Below, piece by piece: positions 46,875 to 59,978 of a DNA stretch of 64,000 bases (the stretch's first letter is position 1; the number at the start of each line of letters is the position of its first letter). Position numbers and translations under genes: made by a program. Below the pieces are notes generated by a model. That model saw only the letters and a list, made by a program, of their open reading frames with translations. It made no database searches and was not told where the DNA came from. Origin of the DNA: Octopus sinensis (Eukaryota); assembly GCF_006345805.1 (NCBI RefSeq), contig NC_043003.1:105462001-105526000 (forward strand), written 5' to 3'.

Positions 46875-47441
46875 GCAGGAATGGCCGTGTGGTAAAAAGC
46901 TTGCTTACCAACCACAGTTTTGGGTTCAGTCCCACTGCATGGCACCTTGGGCAAGTGTCTTCTACTATAGCCTAGGGCCTTGTGAGTGGATTTGGTAGAT
47001 GGAAACTGAAAGAAACCCGTCGTATGTACATATATATATATTTTACTTGTTTTAGTCATTTGACTGTGGCCATACTGGAGCACTGCCTTTAGTCGAGCAA
47101 ATCGACCCCAGGACTTATTCTTTGTAAGCCCAGTACTTATTCTATCAGTCTTTTTTGCCGAACCGCTAACTTACGGGGACGTAAACACACCAGCCTCGGT
47201 TGTCAAGTGATGTTGGGGGGACAAACACAGACACACAAACATATACACACACACATACACACACACATATATACATATATACGACGGGCTTCTTTCAGTT
47301 TCCGTCTACCAAATCCATTCACAAGGCTTTGGTCGGCCCGAGGTTATAGTGGAAGACACTTGCCCAAGGTGCCAGGCAGTGGGACTGAACCTGGAACCAT
47401 GTGGTTGGTAAGCAAGCTACTTACCATACAGCCACTCCTAC
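46875..47441. mobile_element. Two family A SINEs in inverted orientation (+ 5' half, then - full copy)
   Basis: 46875-47030 pairs with 47280-47441 as ~155-bp arms. Confidence 0.85.
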
Positions 47442-48249
47442 ACCTATATGAAAGAAGGTTTGAAAATGCAATTCTAAAGATGTTTATTCAGTTGACTGAT
47501 TTTACTTTTTTAGAAAAAGATTGTCAAAAGTAAAATGTAAAGCTTTGTATAAGTTTTGTTGTGTTTCTTTGATGTAATAAACCTTTACACTAAGATCCCA
47601 CATCAATATGGACTGGAAACCATTGAATTCTGGCTAGAAAAATACTTTTTCTGTTTTGTGTGTATATAAGGAATGTTTGCTATTTTAAGGGACAATGTGG
47701 GAAGATGGTTGGGGCAGGGGGAAGTAGCAATGTGGAATTAAAAGGATATTTTTGTTTCTGGGCTAGTTTGTCATGGTTCAGTGATTTTGGGGACTGGTCT
47801 TAGGGGTCAGACTGGTGTGAGTGTGTGTGTCTCTATGCACGTCTCTATGTGTGTGTGTATATATACATATGTTTGTGTGTGTGTGCCGTTTTTTATTGGT
47901 CTCAGAGTTTATAGTGGCATGTGTATATGGGTCTGTGTATGTTTCATATTTGGTAGGATGGTCTGTGTATATGTGTGCACGTTTGTGTGTATGTGTATGT
48001 GTGTGATTAATATTTGTTAGGGTGTTGTGTGTGCGCATGTGTGTATGTGTTTGTTCGCGCGTGTGTGTATGTGTGTGTCTGTGGGTGCGTGTGTATGTTT
48101 GTGTGTTTTGTGTTGGTGGGAATGTTATGTGTGTGCGTGTGTCTCTGTCCGAGTATATTTGTGTTGTTATAATTGTCCTGGTGGTGTGTGTGTGTGTGTA
48201 TGTGTGTGTATGTGTTTGTTTGTGTAAAAAAATTACTACAACTCCCCCC

Positions 48250-49700
48250 CCCCACCAACAACAAAGAAAACAAATCACAAAACATCAAACATGCACCACT
48301 TCTAACTTTGACAACAACAATAACAGAACTTACAGACAGCACTACAACCCCATCAAAAGAACCCAGACACCCACCAACCCAAGACAAAACTTTACCAGAC
48401 AATGTAGATCCCAGCCCACACAAGAACCATTCCAAAATCGGAGATTCCACCCATCACTTAAGAATTCATCTCTAAACCACGATTGTAGGCCCCAACCCAA
48501 ACCGTTCCAAACTCGGAGATCCCACCCACCATATAAGAATTCATCTCTAAACCATGATTGTAGGTTCCAACCCACTCTAAGGAACCAAAATTACACCCAG
48601 TATGAACAACCCAGACCCCAGAATAACCAAAACTCCTTTAGTAGGCAACACATCAATGGGGTAAGACTAACACACCAAAATACCGCAGACAGAAGAACCC
48701 CCAGAAATCATTTTTTAGGCCAGGGCAACAGAATCCATGACACCAGATTGTAGATACCAAACCTGAAAAACCAAAAAACAGTGAATCTCTCAAACCTAAA
48801 CCTGTCGACCCAACAGATCAAAATCCTTTCAAAAGGACAAAAATTCGCTCCAACTCCACAATATCCTAACCTGAGTGAAATACATGATAACATCTCACAC
48901 TTTTGCAAAAAATTACGCTTCACAGAGGAATTTGTTGACAAAGAAATCAATAACAACAAATCAATGGTTCGTAACAAGAGCAGTTATAATCCCACAAAAG
49001 GCAGAAACAAAACTTTGGACAAATTTTGTGACTACATTTCAAACTTTCGTTATAGTGAACTTCCACAACCTAAACCCAAACCAAACACCAATAAAAGGGA
49101 ATGGGAAATCATCTGTGAGTTACGAAACAATCATGACATCAGTCAAGGAAGCAGATAAGGGTTGTACTGTCGTGATTATGGATACTGAACAATGCAAAAA
49201 CTCTGTATCTCAAGACCCATGTCTTAAAAAATACTCGCAACCCATAAAATAATAAAAAGCAAAAGACAACCCAAATACCTAAAAAACCTACTCACCAATG
49301 CAAAATTACCCAACACAAGCCCACCACCCACCGTCAAAAAATGTGGTCATTCCAACTGCAGGACTTGCATCTACATCATTGAAGGAACAACATACAAATT
49401 CCAGTCGGGACACACTTTTGTCATAAAAAATAACTTCACCTGTGCATCAAAGAATTTACTTTATGCCATAAGGTGTGAAGGGTGCCACAAAGATTACACA
49501 GGGCAAACGAGCCTTATGCTCAGAAAAGGATGACAGTCCACTGCCAACAATTGAGGGATCCCACCACAAGACAGATACCACTTAGTGGGCACTTAGATCT
49601 CTGTGCACAAAACAAGTTCCCCAAATTCCTAGTTTTCCCACTATACCAATGCCCGGACAATAGGGAAAATAATCTTATTCAAAAATACAGATCACAACTC
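48250..49700 (+). mobile_element. Penelope-like element (Neptune-type GIY-YIG) with the RT domain deleted
   Basis: VNLSNLNLS..LSKGQKFAPTP, KEADKGCTVVIMD, joined almost directly to KSKRQPKYLKNLLTNAK, KKCGHSNCRTC, FTCASKNLLYAIRC..C..DYTGQT..RKRM.VH. Confidence 0.82.
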
Positions 49701-50539
49701 AACATACTCAAACATACCCCACACCAGGTACATACCCAAAACAAACACACAGATGTACAAAATCACACACACACACACAAAACAATGCAAACCTCTGATG
49801 CAAACACACACACACAAACATATACACACACAAACATATACACACACGCACAAACACAATATCCCCACACTAGAGCACAAACCCACACACATTCCAAGAA
49901 AAAACACAGCTATCATCAGTTAGGGAGCAGAATGCTAGAATCATGATCCCAATCACAGCAGCCACTAAAGACAATGGTCAGCAAGAGAAATGAAATTTAC
50001 TGTCAGCAATTACAAAGTATCACAACCCTACAACTTTCACTAGCTCTATATCTGTTCTCTTACAACGTCATTCTATCGCTATCGGTAGTTTACTGCTCAG
50101 AGAATGTGTACATAAAACTATACCAAGAAAAATTCTACTACATCTAGCTTTCTTTCGCTTGCTCTCGGATTTTATAACCTGCCCGACAAGGCAAGGTATT
50201 TTCAACATAACAGTAAATAAATACTTTCTTAAAACTTCATGTATTTTTCATCTTTCATCCTTACATAATGAAGAATCTCAACCTTTTACAAATATGAATC
50301 GTTACACATCCATTTTCCTGAAAGTTATGACAGAAAAATCAGATCTTGTGAATTCTCCGAAAGTCCTCTCCCCACCCCTCATGTTCGATTGCACAAATTT
50401 TCTTTGTCATATTCGTTTTCTACACAGTTGTTAACACCCAGCAGGCTGTTTTTGTTTTTGTTTTTGTTAACGGATGAAGATCTCTATATTAACTGACACA
50501 ACCTGGTCCTAAAGAACCAAATTGATCTCAACAACAGTG

Positions 50540-51270
50540 AAAAAGAAAGCTGTTGAAAGTACCAACTAGAGATTTCATTACCATCGTGCGCCCAGGACAG
50601 TGGATCCATTCCAAAAAGAAGAACAACATACTTCCTGTGAGTGATGGAAAGTGGAACAGCTATTGGGAGGTGACTGCAGCTTTACCAGGGTGCCAGGGAC
50701 TCTTTCCAATCCCAGTTACACAAAAAATGGATATTTTAATGTGGTGTGAAAGAAAGAAAGTTGTGAATATAGTTGAGTTAACAGTTCCTCATGAAGATAA
50801 CATGGACGCCACTTGGGCTTGAAAGATTAGCAGTTATGTAAACCTCCTCGAGGAATGTGAAGACATAAGCTGGAAAGCAGAGCATTTTCCAATCGGAGTC
50901 AGATGTAGAGGGTTTGTTGGACACAGTATGAGACGACTGTTGTTATTGTTAGGCCTAACTCATCGTAAAGTCAATACCACTATGACCGATATCCAAACTA
51001 CAGCGGAAAAGGTTAGCCAATGGATTTGGTTAAAAAGGGACGATGAGCGATGGCTAGAAGAATATTGAGCTTTATTTGATAACCAGTTGATCTAGCAAGC
51101 AGAGCCTTATATCAGTGAGGGGAAGCCAGTGCGCATTGATGCTGTTGAGAGGTAGGCCCTGAAACATTGCGCATTCTCTCCCGATGACTCCATACACTTG
51201 CTGGTTTCTGGTATGCAGAGTTCTCAACTGGAAGCACTTGCATGGTGCCAGTTGTTTGCAAAACATGCTA
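50540..51270 (+). mobile_element. HERO-like (restriction-like endonuclease) non-LTR retrotransposon 3' fragment
   Basis: WEV.A.L..LFPIP...DIL.WC..KKVVNIVELTVP.EDN...Y..L.EEC...WKA..FPIGV.CRGFVG..S.WIWLKRDDERW. Confidence 0.75.
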
Positions 51271-51809
51271 ATCTTTGATCATCAACAAGCATAGGGGGGG
51301 GGGGCGAGGAAGAACCTAGTCTTTGTTTGTGATGTGTGATTGAGTTACTACCATTTGCCTTTGCAATGTGGTTCAATGATGTCATTTGGATCTTATGATT
51401 GCCATTATTGCCATCATTATTTTCCCACATCTTCCTCTCTTCTTCTTCCTCTTCATCACTGTCATCATTATCATCATCATCATTATGATCATTATCATCA
51501 TTTTCACCACTGTTGTCATAAACATTATCATTACAATCATTATCTTTTTCCAACAATCAATATCAATTATCATCATTATCATCAGACTCATTATCATATT
51601 TCTCCTTCATCACCCTATTAATTATTACCAGTTCGTTTTCCTATCATTATCGTCAGAATATTAATGCAAATGTTTATACTGCAGAAGAGAGTAACCCAGA
51701 ATCTTTGGCGACCAAAATCCTGTGACGCATTCACAAATTTCATATCTCATTTATGAAAATTAGACAACTTGCTTTAAGTCTCCTCTCTTCCTCACCCACC
51801 TCTTTCTCT

Positions 51810-51894
<85 letters not shown>

Positions 51895-51937
51895 ATATAT
51901 ATGTATATACGTATATATTTATATATATCTATATATA

Positions 51938-52052
51938 TATAATATTATTAGAGACAAAACCACTATTTTGCAAAACAAATTAAAATTTTATGTATTGATT
52001 AAGTCTTTCCTTGTTGTTTTGCAAAATAGTGGTTTTGTCTCTAATAATATTA
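51938..52052. repeat. Perfect ~40-bp inverted repeat (hairpin) within (TA)n
   Basis: ataatattattagagacaaaaccactattttgcaaaacaa / ttgttttgcaaaatagtggttttgtctctaataatattat. Confidence 0.9.
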
Positions 52053-52176
52053 TATAATATTTTACTATAAAATTGGATTTAATCCTAATCTGATTTTTTC
52101 CCTGTAAATTTGGATTTATTCCCTAATATTTATTATCTATCTATATATATATAATATATATATATATATATAATAT

Positions 52177-52231
<55 letters not shown>

Positions 52232-53192
52232 TTATATATCTATATATATGTATGTATATATATATGTATATATATATATATGTATGTATGTATGTATATA
52301 TATACACACACACACACACACATATATAGATAGATAGATATAGAAACATATATATATATATATTTGTCTAATTAAATATTTCTCCTCAAACTCAGATTCT
52401 CTCATGACATTTTGACTAGTTATTTTTTTCTTTAATTTTCCACTTATAGAAGAGACAAATAAATGGTATTTTTATATTGAATAATGGAAAAAATATTGAT
52501 GGCCAAAGCAAAAATAGCTGTGTGTTTAAGCTGTTCATTTTGCAACCACATAGCTGAACTTGCAAGAGTCACCATGAGTCATACCACTAGCCTGATGGAT
52601 GAATGGTTTGTATTTTGCACATGACTTATTCTGCATCCAATGAAGAAGGGAAGTTTTCCCTCAGCTCCTCAGCTCTGAACAGAACCACCATCAGATTACT
52701 TGCTTTCTGCCTCAATTCCTTGGACTTGTACGGTCAGTTGCTCAGTTTCCATGGCATATATATTTCTTTATTACCCACAAGGGGCTAAACACAGAGGGGA
52801 CAAACAAGGACAGACAAATGGATTAAGTCGATTACATCGACCCCAGTGCGTAACTGGTACTTTATTTATCGACCCCGAAAGGATGAAAGGCAAAGTCGAC
52901 TTTGGTGGAATTTGAACTCACAACGTAACGACAGACGAAATACGGCTACACATTTAGCCCGGCGTGCTAACATTTCTGCCAGCTCGCCACCTTTTCCATG
53001 GCATATAACTAACCAAGATCACCACATTCCACCTAATCAGTATACCAGTCTGTTGTAAGGCTCAGAGTTGGCAATTTTGAGGGGAGGGGACAAATCAATT
53101 ACTTGATTCCAGAACTTGGCTGATACTTTATTTTATTGACCCCAAAGGGAAAAAAGGTGAAGTTAACCTTGGTAAAGATGGAGAAAATGGCA

Positions 53193-54030
53193 TGAAGCAA
53201 GTATGGCTATGTAGTAAGAAGTCTGCTTCTCAACCACATGGTTACAGGTTCAGTCCCACTGTATGGCACCCTGGACAAGTATCTTCTGCTATAGCCTCAG
53301 GCTGACCAAAGCCCTGTGAGTGGATTTGGTAGATGGAAACTAAAAGAAGCCTGTTGTATGTATATATGTCTCTCTCTCTCTCTCTAAACTAGCACCTATG
53401 CTAGTGGCTCATAAAAGGCACCTTTTGAGTGTTGGGCCTCACTGAGGCAATGTAGCCAACACTGGTGTCGCATAACTAGCACCAGTGGCATATAAAAAGC
53501 CACCTTTTGAGCGTTGGGCCTCAAGGAGGCAACGGCAAATGAGCAAGACCTTCAGCAATATGCTGTACTTGAGTAGAAGACTCATCAAGCCAATAACAGT
53601 CATGACAGACACTAGTGTCACACAACTGGCACCTGTGCCAGTGGCACATAAAAGCACCCGTTACACTCTCAGAGTGGTTGGCATTAGGAAAGGCACCCAA
53701 CCATAGAAACCATGCTAAATCAGACTGGAGTTTTGGTGCAGCCCCTCAACTTGCCTGCCCTAGTCAAACCGGCCAACCCATGCCAGCATGGACAACGGAC
53801 GTTAAATGATGATATTTGTGTCTGAGTTTGTCCCTCATTACTGCTTGACAACCTGTGTTGGTGTGTTTATGTCCCTGTAACTTAGCTCTTCAGCAACAGA
53901 GACCAATAGAATAAATACCAGGCCTACAAAAAAGAAATAGGTAAGTACTGGGGTCAAGCCATTTGACAAAACATCCTTCAAGGCGATGCCCCAGCATGGC
54001 CACAGTCCAATGACTGGAACAAGAGAAAGA
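53193..54030 (+). mobile_element. Family A SINE split by an RTE 3' fragment (53388-53812) inserted at its internal microsatellite
   Basis: SINE 5' half 53193-53362, RTE piece ending aaatgatgat, SINE 3' half 53815-54030. Confidence 0.75.
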
Positions 54031-54269
54031 GGAAAGACAAGCATTTCGTCAGGAGCGTTAAGGATTCTGCCAGCTCCCTACACGACCAAATTAGTTGGCT
54101 TGGTAAAAATAATTGATGATTTCCATCAGATCATCCTAGGATATCTTAAAACAAGGGAAAGAAGCATTAGATAAAAAAGTCCTAGAAGGACAGGACGGTC
54201 ATGGATGGAAGGCTTTTCATTAGGATTAACTTAGTGCTAAGTAACAACAATGACAATATATTTGTTCCT

Positions 54270-55471
54270 TATGTAAATACAAGGGTTTAAATTTGTAAAA
54301 TATATTCGCCTTCATTTTCTATAATGATCTTCCATCCATCTGGTAGACTTGCAAGGCTCCTCTTCCAAAATTCACTTGTCCGTAACAAAAATTACTCCTC
54401 CAGTACTGTTCTGACCTTGTTTACAGAATTCATATTTTTTCCATCAAAATGATTTTGAAGACTGCAAAATAAATGATAATCAGATGGGGCAATGCCTAGC
54501 AAATATGTTGAGTGGGTCATCGTTTCCCATTCAAACTGCTCCAGCCTTTGGAATGTCATCCTTGCTGTATGTGGCTGAGTATTATCCTGATGGAAAAAAC
54601 ACCTTTCATCTTGAAACTAAAGAAGGTCATTTTCCCTTCTAGCCCTGATTTGAATGACCAAATCCAAGCTTCTCTGCTAGTCCCTCAACAGTTACGATGG
54701 GATTTTGTTCCACCAGGATTTGCAGGATGTTCTCATTGAGCTCTACAGATCTTCCAGGTCGAGGCTCATATTCTAGGCTGTATTTTCCAGCTCGCAATTT
54801 CTGGAATCACCGTTGACATTGGCTTTCACTTATTGTTCGAACCCCATATACTGCATTAAGATTCCTCACACTTTCCATTGCGTTGTTGCCTTTATTGAAC
54901 TCAAAAAGCAAAATATGCTGAATATAGCTTTGAAAAAAATAACTGCTAAAATTGAACTGCACTCTTCAAAACTTGCACTAAGAATAAGATGATGCAGGTA
55001 GTTTATCCCATATCCCTACAACTTTTAGTTCATGCAATTGAAAAAAAAACATTGGATGGAAGCACTCCATCGGTTATGACGACGAGGGTTCCGGTTGATC
55101 CGATCAACGGAACAGCCTGCTCGTGAAATTAATGTGTAAGTGGCTGAGCACTCCACAGACACGTGTACCCTTAACGTAGTTCTCAGGGATATTCAGCATG
55201 ACACAGAGAGTGACAAGGCCGGCCCTTTGAAATACAGGTACAACAGAAACAGGAAGAAAGAGAGAAAGTTGTGGTGTAAGAGTACAGCAGGGATCACCAC
55301 CATCTCTGCCGGAGCCTTGTGATGCTTTAGGTGTTTTCGCTCAATAAACACTCACAACGCCCGGTCTGGGAATCGAAACCATGATCCTACGACCGTGAGT
55401 CCGCTGCCCTGACCACTGGGCCATTGCACCTCCACTGAAAAAAACCCCACATTATATATGGGATGACCCAA
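54270..55471 (-). mobile_element. Internally deleted mariner interrupted by a family C SINE (55051-55434)
   Basis: TIR TA|TTGGGTCATCCCATA at the right end; remnants VFFHQDNTQPH, IAPSDYHLF, GEYI; left TIR not found. Confidence 0.7.
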
Positions 55472-55796
55472 TAAATTTTGTAAGGAATATTGTCTTGAAA
55501 ATAAAAGGTAGCCATTTCAACAAAATTTCAGTGTTAGTGGTTCTATCACAGCTGAGGTGGGGATCCACCTGTCGATGGGTGATTGTACATGAAGAGTGGA
55601 ACTGGAATTATCTGCTACAAACCTCTCGTCTCTTGTAATCAGAACCAGAGTTTGAAACAAGTGGAAAGGCAAATTGCGATGTCATGTATGAGGTTAAGTT
55701 CTGGAATAACATTTTCTAGAGCCGAAAGAGGAGTTTCACAGCAGGACAGCAAACCGCTTGTGACTTTTGCAGAGAATGGGGAATCATCTTTAAATT

Positions 55797-56352
55797 TACA
55801 TACATACATACATACACACACACTCATACATACATGCATGCACACTCATACATACATACATACATGCATGCATACATACATACACACACTCTCATACATA
55901 CATACATACATACATACATGCATGCCTACATACATACATACATACATACACACACACTCATACATACATACATACATGCGCACATACATACATACATACA
56001 TGCATGCATACATACCTACATACATACATACATTCATACATACATACACACACACTCATACATACATACATGCAGACATACATAAATACATACATATATA
56101 CATACATACACACACACTCATACATACATACATGCATGCACACATACATACATACATACATACATACATACACACACTCATACATACATACATGCATGCA
56201 CACATACATACATACATAAATACATACATACATTACATACATACATACATAAACATACACTCATACATACATACATACATACATACATACATACATACAT
56301 ACATTCATACATACATACATACATACATACATACATACATACATACATACAC
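55797..56352. repeat. (TACA)n microsatellite with a recurring cacacactcatacatacatacatgc higher-order unit
   Basis: The unit recurs at ~55817, 55949, 56049, 56109, 56171; (TATG)n tracts in the opposite orientation at 56800-56885 and 57132-57350. Confidence 0.9.
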
Positions 56353-56885
56353 ATTCCTAGATTTGAACAGAATTACAACGGAAGAGAAACAAACTCAGGA
56401 TGCTGTAAATCACCCAACCACATTGGTTGTCTGTTATTTTATCACTTTCAGTCGCAACGACCAACTGTGAGACATTAAAAAGACGGCTTCCAAGACATAA
56501 TTGTGAAACATGCACTGGCATTGAAAACGGGTCAAAAGTACAAATAAATAGCTAAACCAATGGACATGAAGCAAGCATTATTGATAAAACATTGAAATGT
56601 TTGGTAGAAAGAGAATGAATTGTATGAGAGATGTTGCTCAGAGCAACAGGATAGAAAACAATCAGAGATGAAGGAGAAGGCAGGGAAAAAGTTATGGACA
56701 CAATATTGATTTCTAACAATGCGAAACACGATCATATGTGTGTGAGAAAGTTGGGTTGTTTTTTTTTTCCTTTCATTATTTTTTATTGTTGTTTTTGTTT
56801 TGTATGTATGTATGTATGCATGTATGTATGTATGTATGTATTGTGTGTGTGTATGTATGTATGTATGTATGTATGTATGTATGTA

Positions 56886-57131
56886 TACTAATCATATCTG
56901 TCGGGCATGTGGAAGAGAGTGTAATTCAGCAGGAGGACTTAAACGACATGCAAAAGTACATGAAGCCCAGTTACAACTACAGCCGGCTATTACCAGTAAA
57001 GGTTTTAGTTGCCAATTCTGTACAAGGCATTGTAGATCTTTAGCTGGGCTAAAATGTCACATTCGATCACAGCACCAGTAACAGTTAAGCCTCGTGCAAT
57101 GGCCATACTCGATAACGAGGGGGCAGCCATA
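56886..57131 (+). mobile_element. Extreme 3' end of an RTE-like LINE encoding two C2H2-type fingers, embedded in (TATG)n
   Basis: HICRACGRECNSAGGLKRHAKVH...FSCQFCTRHCRSLAGLKCHIRSQH*, then a short UTR gcaatggccatactcgataacgagggggcagccata and an (ATGT)n tail. Confidence 0.65.
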
Positions 57132-57361
57132 ATGTATGTATGTATGTATGTATGTATTGTGTGTGTGTATCTATGTATGTATTTATGTGTGTATGTATGT
57201 ATGTATGCATGTATTTATGTGTGTATGTATGTATGTATGTATGTATGTATGTATGTATGTATGTGTGTATGTATGTATGTATGTATGTATGTATGTATGT
57301 ATGTATGTATGTATGTATGAATCTGTGTATGTATGTATGAATGCATGCATGTTTTAAAATG

Positions 57362-58105
57362 TAGGCATGACTGTATGGTAAAAAAGCTAGCTTCCCAACC
57401 ACATGGTTCTAGATTCAGTCCCACTGCATGGTACCTTGGGCAAGTGTCTTCTACTATAGCTTCGGGCCAAGCAAAGCCTTGTGAGTGGATTTGGTAGATG
57501 GAAACTTAAAGAAGCCCATCATATATATATATATATATATATAAAATTATGATTTAGGGTATCTAAGAGATACCACCATGCTGAAAATAGCAGTCAAAAC
57601 CTGACTCTAAAGCCACATTAAATGTTCATATAGCACTAGGAGAGAAGACAGAGAGACAAAATAAACGAGTAAAAAAATTTACTGGATAATTCCAGATCCT
57701 GGATTTCTGGATTTGCATAAGAGATGCTTTGCCTTCTTCAGTGGAATATACTCAGATAGCACATAAATACAAATATATATACAACATACGATATACTTAT
57801 ATATACGAACATCTTACCTTTGAAAGGTTTTTATTCCCATGCTGGCCACTTGATAAGATCAATATCAAAATATCGATCTTATCCTTATTTATACATATAT
57901 ATATATAAAAATATATTTTTGTGTTTGTCCCCCAATCATTGCTTGACAACTGATGTTGGTATGTTTACGTCCCTGTAACTTAGAAGTTTGGCCATAGAGA
58001 CAAGTACTAAGCTTACAAAGAATAAGTCCTGGAGTCAATTTCTTCAACTAAAAGTCAGGGCTCCAGCATGGCCACAGTCAAATGACTAAAACAAGTCAAA
58101 TAAAA
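57362..58105 (+). mobile_element. Family A SINE split at its internal (TA)n by ~370 bp of other sequence
   Basis: 5' half 57362-57540, 3' half 57915-58105. Confidence 0.7.
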
Positions 58106-58450
58106 GTGAAAAAAAAAAAGGTACGGGTTTGGTGTGGGAGGAAGGTTTTTTACTGGTGACCTTCACAGCTCCATCTAAGTAAAACTGAGGGGATTTATAA
58201 TATCAATATTCCTCTTGAAAAATAAGGTAGAGTGCTGGAAGAATTATTAGTATGTCAGGCAAATTACTTAGCAGCATTTCATCCATCTTCAAGTTCTGAG
58301 TTCAAATTCCACTGAAGTCAACTTTGCCTTTCACCCCTTAGGGTCAGATAATTTTACAGACAAGAAAGTAAATTTCGAATGCAGTATAACTGAAAACAGC
58401 TGAGAAAGGTTGGGTTTTTACCCTTATAAGATGGGAATATGTTGGCAGCA

Positions 58451-58514
58451 GGTGGCTACAGGAATCGAACCCTGTACCTTCCAGATACTGGCTGAATACT
58501 CTGCCAATAAGCTA
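58451..58514 (-). pseudogene. tRNA-Thr(AGT)-like relic or isolated SINE head
   Basis: TAGCTTATTGGCAGAG..TTCAG-CCAGTAT-CTGGA..GGGTTCGATTCCTG; anticodon arm is plausible but the acceptor stem does not pair. Confidence 0.4.
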
Positions 58515-58594
58515 ATACCCAATCTTTCTTTGCATTCGAAATTTACTTTCTTTTTTGTAAAATACCAACACATTCAATGCTTCCAAAGTTTGTT

Positions 58595-58638
<44 letters not shown>

Positions 58639-58642
58639 TATA

Positions 58643-59842
58643 CAGGGTGCATAAGATATTTGAGGACATATTTATGTTTATAAAAAAACAGATATATAAT
58701 AACAGATAATAGCTTTATTTATCAAAAAATGCTATGAGAGTAAAAATAAATCTTCTTTTCTGTAATGTTATTCAATAAAGCCACATTCAACTTCAACAAC
58801 TACTTCTATATGAGATCTAAATCATCTACATGCTCAAATCAAGTGGTCCTGGTTCATTTTGGACATTACTCTGACTATGGCAGCTTTCAAAGAATCTTTG
58901 ATGTTATGGGCATGTTCATTGACCTCTCTCTCAATAACACTCCACATGTAATAGTCCAATGGATTGGGATCTGGGGAATTAGGAGGCCAAATGCTAGGGG
59001 TCATGCGATCATGAAAATTTTCAACCATCCATTCCTGTATTACTAGAACCATGTGCGATAGTGCAGAGTCTTACTGAAACACACATGGCCTTCCATTGCA
59101 TACACTGTCTATCCAGGGCTTAACAATTATTTTCAGGACCTCAATGTAGGTGGCAGAGTTAACTCTAAGGCCTTGTGGAAAGAAGTAAGGAGGCATCACA
59201 TGTCCTTCATTGCTGACAACCCCTAAAACCATGACAGTTGCAGGAATTTTGTATGCATAACACTTGGAACTTCAGAAGGGTCTACACATAATCATCTGTC
59301 ATTTCTTCTGTTACTTTTTCATCTTGGTTAAGTTTTTCTCATTTGAGAAAAACCAAATCAAATCTTTTGCTGAATGTTTCAGTTTGTTTAAGAGCCTTTT
59401 AGATCTGATGTAATGATTTTCTTTTGCTTTTCTGACAAACTGACTTTTCCTCATCACATTTCTGACTGTTCCTTCTGACACATAGAGATCTTTTGCAATT
59501 GACCTCATGGACTTTCTGGGATTGTAATCAATAGTCTGTTGAACTTGCCCGATAAATTCGGGTGTTCTGATGATTTCAGAGCATTAAGAATGCTTTTTAT
59601 GCCTTGGTGATACATTTCTATCTTCAGTCTCTAGCTCCTTACAAACTTTGTAGATAAAAATCGAAATATTTCTAAATCGCTATGCTCAGACTTTATAACT
59701 GTAATAACAGAATGCTTCTTCATTTCTTGAGTAAGCTGAAGGTCTGGCATTATTATTTTCTGAAACAAAGATTATACAGAGTTAGGAAAAAATGCAGCAA
59801 TGACCCAAAAAAGGTATATCTTCAAATACCTTATGCACCCTG
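58643..59842 (-). mobile_element. Decayed Tc1/mariner DD37D transposon, 1200 bp
   Basis: TA|CAGGGTGCATAAG...CTTATGCACCCTG|TA; MRSIAKDLYVSEGTVR, WFFSNEKN, IWPPNSPDPNPLDYYMW. Confidence 0.9.
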
Positions 59843-59850
59843 TATATATG

Positions 59851-59907
<57 letters not shown>

Positions 59908-59943
59908 ATGTCTGTGTGTGCATGTGTGTGTGTATATATATAC

Positions 59944-59977
<34 letters not shown>

Positions 59978-59978
<1 letters not shown>

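Noticed and set aside
47778-48278. His/Thr- or Cys/Val-rich ORFs
   Set aside because: Degenerate (GT)n/(CA)n tract associated with the adjacent Penelope element.
55583-56470. 295-aa ORF (HTYI repeats)
   Set aside because: Mostly (TACA)n; the unique N-terminal part has no motif I can recognise on either strand.
56800-57081. Host C2H2 zinc-finger gene
   Set aside because: No splice acceptor, only two atypical fingers, and an RTE-type 3' UTR and tail follow; treated as a LINE end.
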